The notes beneath the pieces are model-generated. The model had not been told where the DNA came from. It saw only the letters and a program-made list of their open reading frames with translations, and made no database searches. Position numbers and translations under genes: made by a program. A DNA stretch of 64,000 bases from a virus (lineage: Duplodnaviria; Heunggongvirae; Uroviricota; Caudoviricetes): positions 170,764-234,763 of the IMG/VR virus record IMGVR_UViG_3300029288_000055; one strand, given 5' to 3'. Position 1 is the first letter of the stretch. Every line of letters begins with the position of its first letter. Below are positions 11,015 to 20,589 of this stretch, one piece after another.

Positions 11015-13027
11015 TTATTCAATTAATTCAATGTTCTCAATTGATTCAAAATCAATCTCATCTGATTCATTAATTTTTTTAGGAACATTAATACTTTCAT
11101 TATTCTTTAATAAAAGATCAATTTCGTTAATCATATTGAGAGCATTTTTATTTAAAGTTGCATTAATCACATCGTTTTCTTTAATTATCTCTTTATTTCT
11201 ATTTTCTTTTTTTTGCACAGGTTCTGAAGTTGAACCGAATACTAATCTTTCAACTTGCAAATCATATTCTTCATCAGTCATTCTTGATTCAGCTAATGGT
11301 GGCATAGCACTGCCAGTAGCAGGAGCACCGCCACCAACAGCAGGAGGCATTCCGCCTCCACCAACAGGAGCAGGTGGAGCACCAGTTCCACCTTCAGGTG
11401 GCAAACCAGTAGCAGGAGCACCGCCAGCAGGTGGCATACCACCGCCTTCAGTTCCACCGCTTGCTGGAACACCCAGCATTGCAGCTTCAGGTTCACCGAA
11501 CCTTTTATCAATATCAGTAAATAAACCAGATTTCTTAATTGTAACAGGAGAGTCCATAAGTTCTTGCATAACAACTTTTTCCATTTTCTGTTGTTTCAAA
11601 TCATTTACAATTTCACGATCACTCATGTTGAATAACAAACGTTTTGCACCAGTATGTGACATTGCAGCAATACCAGCTTCCGCACGTGTTAATTCAGTAT
11701 AAGTTTGTGCCTTTTCACGCATTAATTCAGCTTTCTGTAATTCTTGCTGTGTTGATGGATTTGTTAAGGTAAGTGTAAAATTACTAAGGTCTTCACCACT
11801 ATAACCCAATAAATACAAATGTATCATTGCCATTTTATTGAGTTCTTGAATCATTGCTTGTTGAATACGATTTATTTTTTTTGAAAAACGAATATCATAT
11901 TGTGCCATGTTTTTACCAGCACCAGCAGCATCCTGAAAACTTAAGAAAGGTTTAGGAATACCCAAACCAACAAATAAGTTATCACGAAGGTATTCAATGT
12001 CCTGAATAGCATCCAAGTTTGTAGCACCCGGGAGAGTATCAATACCTGTTTGGGTATTTGCATTTCTTACTGGAAGAAAATAGTCTTCATCATTACCAAG
12101 TATATTAAAACGATAGTCAATTTGTCCGTCATTTGGAGCAACTGATGCAGTTTTTTTGAACTTGGTAGCTACTTTATAGATATATTCTTCAATATCATCT
12201 TCATCAATATTACCAACGTCAATTTTGAATACTTTTTTTTCACCAGCACGAATAATACGATAAGTTAACATAGCATCTTCAGCCATAACAAGCTGTCTGA
12301 AAACCCTACGTACTTTATTAAGTACTGATGAGCCATAAGGCAAATATTTATCATCACCAAGAAGTCTGAAGTGAGCAATTTCAAATACATTGAATTCATC
12401 ACCAGTCATTCTTTCTTTGAATTTAACAAGTGGTTTACCACCTTGGATTCTTTCAAATCTTTCTATTTCATAGTTAACCAATTGTTTTACATGAGTAATA
12501 CCTTTTTTTCTTTCGCCATATAATAATACAAAATTATCACCATATTTAACAATATTTCTTACCCAAAAAGGTAAGTTAACATTAACATTAACAGTATCAT
12601 AAAAAAATTCTTCCAATAACATTTTAATTCTTTCTTTATTGGAGTATATGTTAAGCATCTTACCATTTAAACCAATAGTGGTAGACTCTTCCATGAATAA
12701 ATCCAATGCACTGCTGATGATTGGATAATATTCCATACCTTCATAATCAATATACGCTGGAAGTCTGGCTGCTTCATACTGAAGTGCCTTTTGAAAACCT
12801 CTATCTGTAGTACGAAAAAATTTATTTTGAAGTTCTCTTTTTTGTTGTAGTTCTAAACCTTTTCTATGTATTTCTTCAGGAGATGTGCCCTTAATAATAA
12901 TTTTTGTTTCTTTTGCAGGTGTACTTGCAGACACCGTTGGTTGCGCTGTTTGTACATCAAAACCACCAAGATTCAAAAATGAACTAAGTTCCTGATATAT
13001 AGTTTTACTTTTTTTTTCTTCACCCAT
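11015..13027 (-). CDS. portal protein (gp20-like) with Pro/Gly-rich C-terminal region
   Basis: LVMAEDAMLTYRIIRAGEKKVFKIDVGN, EDYFLPVR, IDTLPGA, DIEYLRDNLFVGLGIP. Confidence 0.93.
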   Translation of the reverse strand: MGEEKKSKTIYQELSSFLNLGGFDVQTAQPTVSASTPAKETKIIIKGTSPEEIHRKGLELQQKRELQNKFFRTTDRGFQKALQYEAARLPAYIDYEGMEYYPIISSALDLFMEESTTIGLNGKMLNIYSNKERIKMLLEEFFYDTVNVNVNLPFWVRNIVKYGDNFVLLYGERKKGITHVKQLVNYEIERFERIQGGKPLVKFKERMTGDEFNVFEIAHFRLLGDDKYLPYGSSVLNKVRRVFRQLVMAEDAMLTYRIIRAGEKKVFKIDVGNIDEDDIEEYIYKVATKFKKTASVAPNDGQIDYRFNILGNDEDYFLPVRNANTQTGIDTLPGATNLDAIQDIEYLRDNLFVGLGIPKPFLSFQDAAGAGKNMAQYDIRFSKKINRIQQAMIQELNKMAMIHLYLLGYSGEDLSNFTLTLTNPSTQQELQKAELMREKAQTYTELTRAEAGIAAMSHTGAKRLLFNMSDREIVNDLKQQKMEKVVMQELMDSPVTIKKSGLFTDIDKRFGEPEAAMLGVPASGGTEGGGMPPAGGAPATGLPPEGGTGAPPAPVGGGGMPPAVGGGAPATGSAMPPLAESRMTDEEYDLQVERLVFGSTSEPVQKKENRNKEIIKENDVINATLNKNALNMINEIDLLLKNNESINVPKKINESDEIDFESIENIELIE

Positions 13028-13098
13028 TTTTATAATTTTTTATACTTTTTTATAAATACTATGATTTCCGTGAAAAGTCATGTGAATATAAATACATA

Positions 13099-15177
13099 TT
13101 AATTTTTCTTTTTCTCTTTTATACCATTAAATAACCAAGCATTAACGCCATATGGATTTAATGGTGATGTACTATTAGGCGAAATCATAGGTTTATGGGT
13201 TTTAGTATTACCAGTGGCTATTCTTTTTCCAATTTCATTCATTTCATTATTAGTGATAATAGCATTAAGCATTTTCTCTGTAATTCCTTTGCTTTGTTTA
13301 TAACGTGCCATATCAAAATTCAATACATATAAGCCTATAGACAATCCCATAATTGAATCATCATGAAATGAACGTTTATGATCTGCAACACGATTTCCAG
13401 CAACAGTTACAAATGTTTTTAATTCATTTAACAATCTGATAGAGTGAATAATAACATCTTCTAAATGAATTGCTCTTTGCATTTCAAGAACTACTGAGGC
13501 ACGATTTCCACCGATAAAGAAACCGGGTATTAAGTCTACGTTTACAATCGTACCATCAGCCATTGTCTTTTGACCTTTTTTAATATATCCCTGTAATCTA
13601 TCCCTTGAAGGTTTATGAGTTACTTCAGCATAATGAACATTATCATAACCATATTCAAGCATTTTTTCAACTGTTTGTACGCCATAACCACCAGTAATAT
13701 CGACAACACAATAAGCATTATTATATCTTTTACCATATTGATATGCAATTTCTGCAAGCATTTGTGGTGTTACTTTACCATAATATTCAGCAACCTGTTC
13801 AACTTTATGTCTTTTTAATTTATATTTTTTTGTTTTTCCGTTTTTAGTAATTATCTTTTCTTCAATAACTTCTTTTGTTTTTAACATATTCATAGTAGAG
13901 TTATCTTCTCCATGTCCCGGTGATGCATCAAGTGCCATTATATATGTTTCTCCTACAATTGGGTCTTCCCAAATCCATACATTTTTATCAAGATATTCTT
14001 GACGAATTGGTGGCAATACTTCTTCATCCTGAATACGTTTTAAATATTCTTCTGAAATAAAGTTATCACCAGAACCAAGGAAAGAACAAAGTAATTCTTG
14101 TGCAATCTTACGCATATCACCTTCTGCTTCTTTAACTTGATCTTCAAACCACGGAGAACTTGCTTCCCAACCTTCATCCATCATTTGAATTCTTTTTCTG
14201 TTGTCCCAATTTTCATCAAGTAATTTTATTTCATTTTCTTTGCCTTTATTTTTTAACCAACACAAATCTTTATTATATCTTGGGTCATTATACCACCATA
14301 ATTCTACTGCAACAAAGTTATTTTCTTTATTTCTTGCGCCATTAAATGTTTTATAGAATACAGCATCAAGACCTGAAGGAGTACTAACCATAATTGCAGC
14401 ACCACCAGTTTGCAGTGTTGGTTTTGCAGATGTCCAAAATTTATCACCTTTTTCTGTCCATGCAGTTTCATCCCAGAAAATAAGAGTTGGCGTATATCCA
14501 CGAAGACCTTTTGAAGAGAATGCACCTAATTTAGAATTATTATCATAAATTTTTAATTTCTGAGTATCTTTTAAGTTTTTATCAAATGTTTCTCTACCAG
14601 TTTTTGGTCTAAGCCATTTTGGACAACCATCAATAAAATCTACTACATCATTCATTAATTCATCACGAGCAACTTCAAGTTTATCAGCAACAATAGCAAC
14701 TTGTCTATTTGCATTGAACATGACATACCAAGCGATATACGCACAAGTGGTTGTTGATACACCTGCCTGACGATATTTGTTAGCAATAACAAATCTATTC
14801 TCTAAATATGTTTTAATTAATTCTTTTTGAAAATCAAATAATTTAAAAGGTACAATTTCACCAGCAATACCTTGCGTCTGGTCAAAAATTGTTAAATATG
14901 TTTCAATAAAATATATTGGATTCATACCGCAACGAATAACTTCATCTTCTTGTTCTTGTTTGGTTAATTCGCTGACCTTTTTTACACCATTATGCTTTGT
15001 AACAATGATAGCCTCAATTTTACCGCCTTTTTTTCTAAGTTCTTTAGCTAATTTTCTAATTGCTTCTTTTTCCTTTTCTCTTTGAGTATCAAGAGGAATT
15101 AACGGTACGTGATCGGGAAATATATCTTCATTGTTTTTTTCAGGAATATTATCAGGGTTTATATCTTTAGCACTCAT
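13099..15177 (-). CDS. terL: terminase large subunit (gp17-like)
   Basis: YRQAGVST (Walker A variant), LIFWDE (Walker B), VSTPSG, QELLCSFLGS, ALDASPG and HDDSIM motifs. Confidence 0.93.
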   Translation of the reverse strand: MSAKDINPDNIPEKNNEDIFPDHVPLIPLDTQREKEKEAIRKLAKELRKKGGKIEAIIVTKHNGVKKVSELTKQEQEDEVIRCGMNPIYFIETYLTIFDQTQGIAGEIVPFKLFDFQKELIKTYLENRFVIANKYRQAGVSTTTCAYIAWYVMFNANRQVAIVADKLEVARDELMNDVVDFIDGCPKWLRPKTGRETFDKNLKDTQKLKIYDNNSKLGAFSSKGLRGYTPTLIFWDETAWTEKGDKFWTSAKPTLQTGGAAIMVSTPSGLDAVFYKTFNGARNKENNFVAVELWWYNDPRYNKDLCWLKNKGKENEIKLLDENWDNRKRIQMMDEGWEASSPWFEDQVKEAEGDMRKIAQELLCSFLGSGDNFISEEYLKRIQDEEVLPPIRQEYLDKNVWIWEDPIVGETYIMALDASPGHGEDNSTMNMLKTKEVIEEKIITKNGKTKKYKLKRHKVEQVAEYYGKVTPQMLAEIAYQYGKRYNNAYCVVDITGGYGVQTVEKMLEYGYDNVHYAEVTHKPSRDRLQGYIKKGQKTMADGTIVNVDLIPGFFIGGNRASVVLEMQRAIHLEDVIIHSIRLLNELKTFVTVAGNRVADHKRSFHDDSIMGLSIGLYVLNFDMARYKQSKGITEKMLNAIITNNEMNEIGKRIATGNTKTHKPMISPNSTSPLNPYGVNAWLFNGIKEKKKN

Positions 15178-15360
15178 TATAAATTTTTATAATAAATACT
15201 CTCACCACATAAAACCGCAAAGCTCGGCAATAATCTTGTACTGTCGAGCTTCGAATTTCCTTCTTCCTAATATGGTAAGATGAACTCTTTTAAACCGAAA
15301 ACACATGCATACATTTTCTTTTCTGTTTTACCACATGGGCATTCAGATGATATAAATACT

Positions 15361-15846
15361 TTAAAATCTTATAGAAGACGTTTCTACAAATTCATTATTT
15401 TTTAATATGATTTTTCTTGCATTAAGCAAATCTTTAACTTTTGCTAATGACATGCCATAATGAAATACTAATAATGGTACGTCATCTTCTTGTCCGTTAA
15501 ACATGTTGTCATAGTCACTGGAAGGATTGCTATTTTCATCTTTCTTTTCAATTTCATATGCAAGAGCATGTATAGTGTGATAGCCATGCATATATGGTCT
15601 GTCAACAGCTTCATGTAAACAAAAAAGATCAAATGAACTTGTCTTTAAATTAAAAATAGCATTTATAAAAGATTCAGTTGGTGGCATTGCATTATCACAT
15701 GCTGGTGTAATATCCCAACACCAACCATCCACATCAATATTAGTTTCGTCAAGCGAAAAAATAAATTCAAATAACCCTTCATCCTTCGAATTGTAGCCAA
15801 TCTTTAGCACATAAATCAATTTTAATTTATTATCTTCGTATTCCAT
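15361..15846 (-). CDS. hypothetical protein
   Basis: 161 aa ORF with upstream GTATTTAT motif. Confidence 0.55.
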   Translation of the reverse strand: MEYEDNKLKLIYVLKIGYNSKDEGLFEFIFSLDETNIDVDGWCWDITPACDNAMPPTESFINAIFNLKTSSFDLFCLHEAVDRPYMHGYHTIHALAYEIEKKDENSNPSSDYDNMFNGQEDDVPLLVFHYGMSLAKVKDLLNARKIILKNNEFVETSSIRF

Positions 15847-15896
15847 AATGATTTTTTTATAAATACACCCCAGAAAAAAAAGCCATATTAAGTGGC

Positions 15897-16313
15897 TTAT
15901 ATTTTATCAAGATCGAGTCCCATAATTTTTTTTATTTCACTCAAAAGAATTGTTTGAGTTAGTTTATATGCCCTGAGAGAATTTTTTTCTTTTTTCTTAA
16001 AAATAAAATAGCCGATTTGAAATAAAATAGCAATACAAATGAAAAGATAAAAAAGTAATTGTGTCTTCATATATAATGCAGCAATAAATAAAAATGCATA
16101 ACTTTCTCTCAAGCAAAGTCCTTTCCATGAAGATAACACAGTTATCACATCATCCAAATATGTTTTTAATAGTCTTCTGTATTCAAGCCAGTCACAATCA
16201 GAATTATCTTCTTTCGTGCCTTGCACATTAAGAAAAATTTCTTTTTCTTTTTTCTTTGAACCGCCAATATATGTTCTGCGATATTTACTTTCAGTTATTT
16301 CAATTTCAATCAT
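15897..16313 (-). CDS. hypothetical membrane protein
   Basis: Two hydrophobic segments; upstream TGTAAC-N16-CGTATAA motif. Confidence 0.5.
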   Translation of the reverse strand: MIEIEITESKYRRTYIGGSKKKEKEIFLNVQGTKEDNSDCDWLEYRRLLKTYLDDVITVLSSWKGLCLRESYAFLFIAALYMKTQLLFYLFICIAILFQIGYFIFKKKEKNSLRAYKLTQTILLSEIKKIMGLDLDKI

Positions 16314-16350
16314 AATAATGCTTATACGGAAATAAATTATAAAGGTTACA

Positions 16351-16378
16351 AAAAAACCCGAATTTCTTCGGGTTCTTA
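16351..16378 (-). terminator. intrinsic terminator after the 883 aa gene
   Basis: aacccgaa/ttcgggtt stem followed by a U-tract on the minus strand. Confidence 0.7.
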
Positions 16379-16399
16379 TTTATTTAATTTGTTGGTTTA

Positions 16400-19051
16400 T
16401 TATATGCCAGATAATCCTGTGCTGCCACCACCTTGTGGAGTTCTTATACCAGTATCCTGATATTGTTTCGAACCGTAGATTAATTTTCCTGCTTTATCAA
16501 CTCTCAAAGTACCACCACCACCATCAACATATTGTTGAAGAAGAGCATATTTTTCTTGTGGTGTTGCTCTTTTTGCTGCAGTGCCAATAGCACTCATATG
16601 TGGATTAATTAAAATATTTTTGAATGCAGATTGAAATAATGTATCAACACCCACTTGATCATTTGGGTCTAATTTTGCTAATTTTTCTGCAACACTAAAT
16701 CCCAATATTTCATTTAATTTACTCTTTTTTTTTAAGGCAACAGCTTCAAATAACTTAAATTGGTTATCAATTACTGCATCAAGTTTCTTTAATGTTTCAG
16801 ACTTCTTACTTTCATTTAAACTTGGTTTTCTTATTCCAGCATGTTCTTCAAGACGAGTACGAATGTATTTTCTCAATTTCTGTTCTGATTCATTCATTTG
16901 TACATTTTCGTCTTCAATACCTTTTTTGAAACGTTTTGCTAATGCTTTACGTGCTGGTGTACATGTTGGCTTAGTCATAGGAGTACAATAACCTTTATGT
17001 TCTGGGTCTACTGCCTTTTGAATCCACTTTTCATCTTCTTTAAGAGGTTTTGCTTCAGCCATATAAGCATTCACACCTTCAGCAATTAATTTAATCAATC
17101 TTTTCTTTGCTTCATTCATTGCAATACTAACAGTTTTATCAGGCTGAATTGTAATATCAACGCCTGTTGTTGGAGCACCATCAGGTTTAACAACACCACC
17201 ACCTAATGACTGTGAATCTTGTGCAAAAGTAAATTCTGGCTTTGTTTCTGGAGTTACATCATCAGTATCATTATCTGGTTCAACATCAGTTACAGGAGTT
17301 TCTTCACCAGCTTCAATATCTACATCAGGTGTTTCAATTTCAGGTTCTTCTGTTTCGGGTTCATCATCTTCTTTTAACATGCCCGGTTGTACTTGAACCT
17401 GATCAACAGGAGTAACACCTTCAGCTTTATATTTGCTTAAGTTTGCTGCGCCTGAACCTCTAAGTTGATTAGACAATGTTTGAATTATACTATTTACATT
17501 AATTGGTTCTTGACCTGCTTTAGCAGCACCTGCATTTGCAGCAGCAATCTGTTTACCCAAATCTGCAGCAAGTGTTTCAAGTTTACCTAACGCTGAATTT
17601 CTTTGTTTTGTGCCTGTTTTAACATCTTGTGCTTGACTACCTGCCTGATATGCTTGTTTAGCAGCTTGAACACCTTGTCCAACTTTTTCTGCACCAGCTT
17701 TATAAAGACTTGATGCACCACCAGCAATACCTTTAGCAGCACCAGCAATACCTTTGCCAATACCACCAAGAGCTGCTTTACCTAAACCAACTAAACCGCC
17801 ACCCCATGCTTCTTTAAGTTGTGCTTTCAAATCTTCTTCAGGTGCTTCATTCATTGAATCTACTTGTGGCTGCATTTTTTCAGCATAATCATCACGACCA
17901 TAATCAGTTTTCAATTTATCAAGAACTTCTGGAGATAATTTAATAACTAAACTAATAGTTTTTTCATCACCATCATTCATACCTTCTTCGCTTGCGCCAA
18001 CATAACCATTTACAACGTTTGCTTGTTCTTCACTTCCACTTTCCATAAATGCTTCTGAAGTATCGTATCCACGTGATTTAGCATATTTACCAAAACCACC
18101 ACATTCTGCACAATCTTCTTCTTCAATACCAGCTTCTGGTTCTGCTTTTGGTTCATCTTGAGGTACACTTTGAGCTAAATCTTCAACTTCATCATCACCA
18201 AGAACTTTAAGAATACCGTCAGCAATACCTTTTCTGTCTTCAATATCCATATTTTTTAATTTAGGTCTATATGCAGCAATAACTGATTTTAAATTACCAG
18301 TAACCTGACTATCTTCCATATCAGTTTTTCTAACTTTTTCACCTAATTTACCAATCAATTTATCAACATCATTTGTGGGTTCTTCTGTAGTACCAGTTTC
18401 ATCACCAGCAGGTTTTTCAACATCATCAGTAGGTGGAACTTCATCATCACCAGCAGGTGGAACTTCTGTATCCGTTTCAGGAGCAGGTGTTTCATCACCA
18501 GCAATTACACCAGTATCTTCTGCATCAGGAGAAGGTTCTACTGGTTCTGAAGAAACTACATCAGGAGAAGAAGGTTCTAAAGGAGCACCGGGTGTTTCAG
18601 GACTTGTTGCTGCACTTGTTGCTGCATCCAAATCACCTAATTTACTTTCTGCATTATCAAGTTCTGTTTTAGCTACATCTTCATTAAGCATTTTTTTCTT
18701 CTTACTGCCGTTTATATCTGGTTTATTTGTAATACCTTCATTAATTGTTTGAAATATCATATTTCTTTGTTTATCAGCTTCTGATAATTTAGAATACTGA
18801 AAATCGGTAATATTAGATAAGCCACCAATATATGCAAAATCTGCAACATTTGGGTCTTGTTTAATTCCAGCTTTCTTAATATAATAGTTGTGCTGTTCTT
18901 TAACAATTCCATAAGCAATACCATCGGCTGCTCTTTTATAGTCAATCAAAGTACCCAAATTACGGGTATTATCCTTTAATATGGGTTTTTTAACTTCAGC
19001 CAATTCTTGAATTCTTTGAAGAAATGCTTCTTTTGTTACATGTCTTTTCAT
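16400..19051 (-). CDS. large low-complexity putative internal head protein
   Basis: Acidic Pro/Glu/Thr-rich linkers, Gly/Ala-rich segment, many (L/I/M)-x-E motifs. Confidence 0.55.
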   Translation of the reverse strand: MKRHVTKEAFLQRIQELAEVKKPILKDNTRNLGTLIDYKRAADGIAYGIVKEQHNYYIKKAGIKQDPNVADFAYIGGLSNITDFQYSKLSEADKQRNMIFQTINEGITNKPDINGSKKKKMLNEDVAKTELDNAESKLGDLDAATSAATSPETPGAPLEPSSPDVVSSEPVEPSPDAEDTGVIAGDETPAPETDTEVPPAGDDEVPPTDDVEKPAGDETGTTEEPTNDVDKLIGKLGEKVRKTDMEDSQVTGNLKSVIAAYRPKLKNMDIEDRKGIADGILKVLGDDEVEDLAQSVPQDEPKAEPEAGIEEEDCAECGGFGKYAKSRGYDTSEAFMESGSEEQANVVNGYVGASEEGMNDGDEKTISLVIKLSPEVLDKLKTDYGRDDYAEKMQPQVDSMNEAPEEDLKAQLKEAWGGGLVGLGKAALGGIGKGIAGAAKGIAGGASSLYKAGAEKVGQGVQAAKQAYQAGSQAQDVKTGTKQRNSALGKLETLAADLGKQIAAANAGAAKAGQEPINVNSIIQTLSNQLRGSGAANLSKYKAEGVTPVDQVQVQPGMLKEDDEPETEEPEIETPDVDIEAGEETPVTDVEPDNDTDDVTPETKPEFTFAQDSQSLGGGVVKPDGAPTTGVDITIQPDKTVSIAMNEAKKRLIKLIAEGVNAYMAEAKPLKEDEKWIQKAVDPEHKGYCTPMTKPTCTPARKALAKRFKKGIEDENVQMNESEQKLRKYIRTRLEEHAGIRKPSLNESKKSETLKKLDAVIDNQFKLFEAVALKKKSKLNEILGFSVAEKLAKLDPNDQVGVDTLFQSAFKNILINPHMSAIGTAAKRATPQEKYALLQQYVDGGGGTLRVDKAGKLIYGSKQYQDTGIRTPQGGGSTGLSGI

Positions 19052-19128
19052 GTGAATATTTTTAAAATGTGTATTATTTAACTTTATATTTTTTTTATAA
19101 ATACTTAATTAAGAGCAAAAAAATGCAA

Positions 19129-19380
19129 TTAGAGTATTATTTCATGCTTTTCGTTCATTATTTTATTATTAATAAGCATTTCAATTACTTTAGGGGTTAA
19201 CAAGTTTTTCCTTTTGTAATTCTCAATAATAGCAAGATTAGTTTTCTCACGTGAAACATTCTCATTTAAATATTTCACATTTTTGTGCAAATCTTCCAAT
19301 ATGTCATAAAAAATCTTCTCAGATTTTTTTCTTTCAACATATTCAAGCAACTGCGCTTCGGTTAAGATATATCTGTTCAT
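19129..19380 (-). CDS. small putative head protein
   Basis: N-terminal YILTEAQL; overlaps the stop of the upstream gene. Confidence 0.5.
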   Translation of the reverse strand: MNRYILTEAQLLEYVERKKSEKIFYDILEDLHKNVKYLNENVSREKTNLAIIENYKRKNLLTPKVIEMLINNKIMNEKHEIIL

Positions 19381-20189
19381 GACAAAAATTCATTTAAACT
19401 TAGTTCCTTGGTTAAATATTTGTTTTTGAATTCGACCATTTTTTCAAGATAACCAGTATTTCTCAATACTTTAAATACAAGATTTTCTGTTGAAAACTCA
19501 CCACCAGTATCAAGTCCAGATTGTCTATATTTTTTTATTTTATTTTTTAATTGTTCATGTTTCTTCAAAAAATCATTTTGATTCTTATTAGTTTCCAGAT
19601 CATCAATCGCATTCATAATGTCTGCAGACTTTAACTGAACATCAGCACTATCAATATTTACAATTTTTTTGGTTGGTTTTCTAATCCAATCATTTTTAAC
19701 TAAAGAATATGTACCTGATGAATGGTGTGGTTCATTCGCATCTTGAAAATACATTTCAACATCATGTCCTTTTACTTGTATTGGAAGATGATCTGCCCAA
19801 AGTTGCTTTTTCAACTTAAAAAAATCACCAACAAATTCTTTATTATCAGAAATTTGATTAAAATCCAATATAATATGAACATCCAAATCAGATTCATCGT
19901 TATAATTATAATTAGCCATACTACCAGTCAACATAACATCATTAAATTTCAAATTTTCAACATCACTGAATTCAATAAATCTCTTAGCGTTTTTAAGTAA
20001 AACTGCCCTAACATCTGGTTTTATTGTTTCATCATTTTCCCAAATAAGTGGACTTAATGTATCATTAAATTTTATTGATGATACATCGACAGTATCTGGT
20101 TCTACAACTTCTTTTAGTATATCTGAAATATTGTTTCTTGACCAATATCTGCTTGACCAAAACCTTGGTTTCTTTTCGTTTTCAATCAT
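19377..20189 (-). CDS. Pol-beta superfamily nucleotidyltransferase
   Basis: GSMANYNYNDESDLDVH (GS...DxD) plus a third acidic residue in VEMY. Confidence 0.75.
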   Translation of the reverse strand: MIENEKKPRFWSSRYWSRNNISDILKEVVEPDTVDVSSIKFNDTLSPLIWENDETIKPDVRAVLLKNAKRFIEFSDVENLKFNDVMLTGSMANYNYNDESDLDVHIILDFNQISDNKEFVGDFFKLKKQLWADHLPIQVKGHDVEMYFQDANEPHHSSGTYSLVKNDWIRKPTKKIVNIDSADVQLKSADIMNAIDDLETNKNQNDFLKKHEQLKNKIKKYRQSGLDTGGEFSTENLVFKVLRNTGYLEKMVEFKNKYLTKELSLNEFLS

Positions 20190-20190
20190 A

Positions 20191-20466
20191 TTAATATTTA
20201 TCTAACATTTCACTTATTTGTTTAACAGCAGCAGTAAATTTTGGCTTTCTTTCTACCATTAACCTATATAATGTATCAATTACATCATATTCTTGATCAT
20301 CAAACAACTGATCAATAGTTGCCTTTAATTTTTCAACTTTTATTGCATACATATTAGGGTCTTTCTCATAATTGCTCATATCATAACCTTCTGTTAATTT
20401 AAACTTAGGGTCTAATTTTGATATCATTTCAAACAATCGCTTTTTATTATCTTTAAAATTTACCAT
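20191..20466 (-). CDS. small protein with RLFE N-terminal motif
   Basis: DNKKRLFEMISKLDPKFKLTE. Confidence 0.6.
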   Translation of the reverse strand: MVNFKDNKKRLFEMISKLDPKFKLTEGYDMSNYEKDPNMYAIKVEKLKATIDQLFDDQEYDVIDTLYRLMVERKPKFTAAVKQISEMLDKY

Positions 20467-20589
20467 GCCTAATATCTTTTATTGTTTTGTTGTAGGTGTG
20501 CCAATTTTTTACCATCTCAACAACATTTTCTATAAATACAAAACTATTAATTAAAATGCGATAGTATTTATGATAAATTCTTGTACGAA

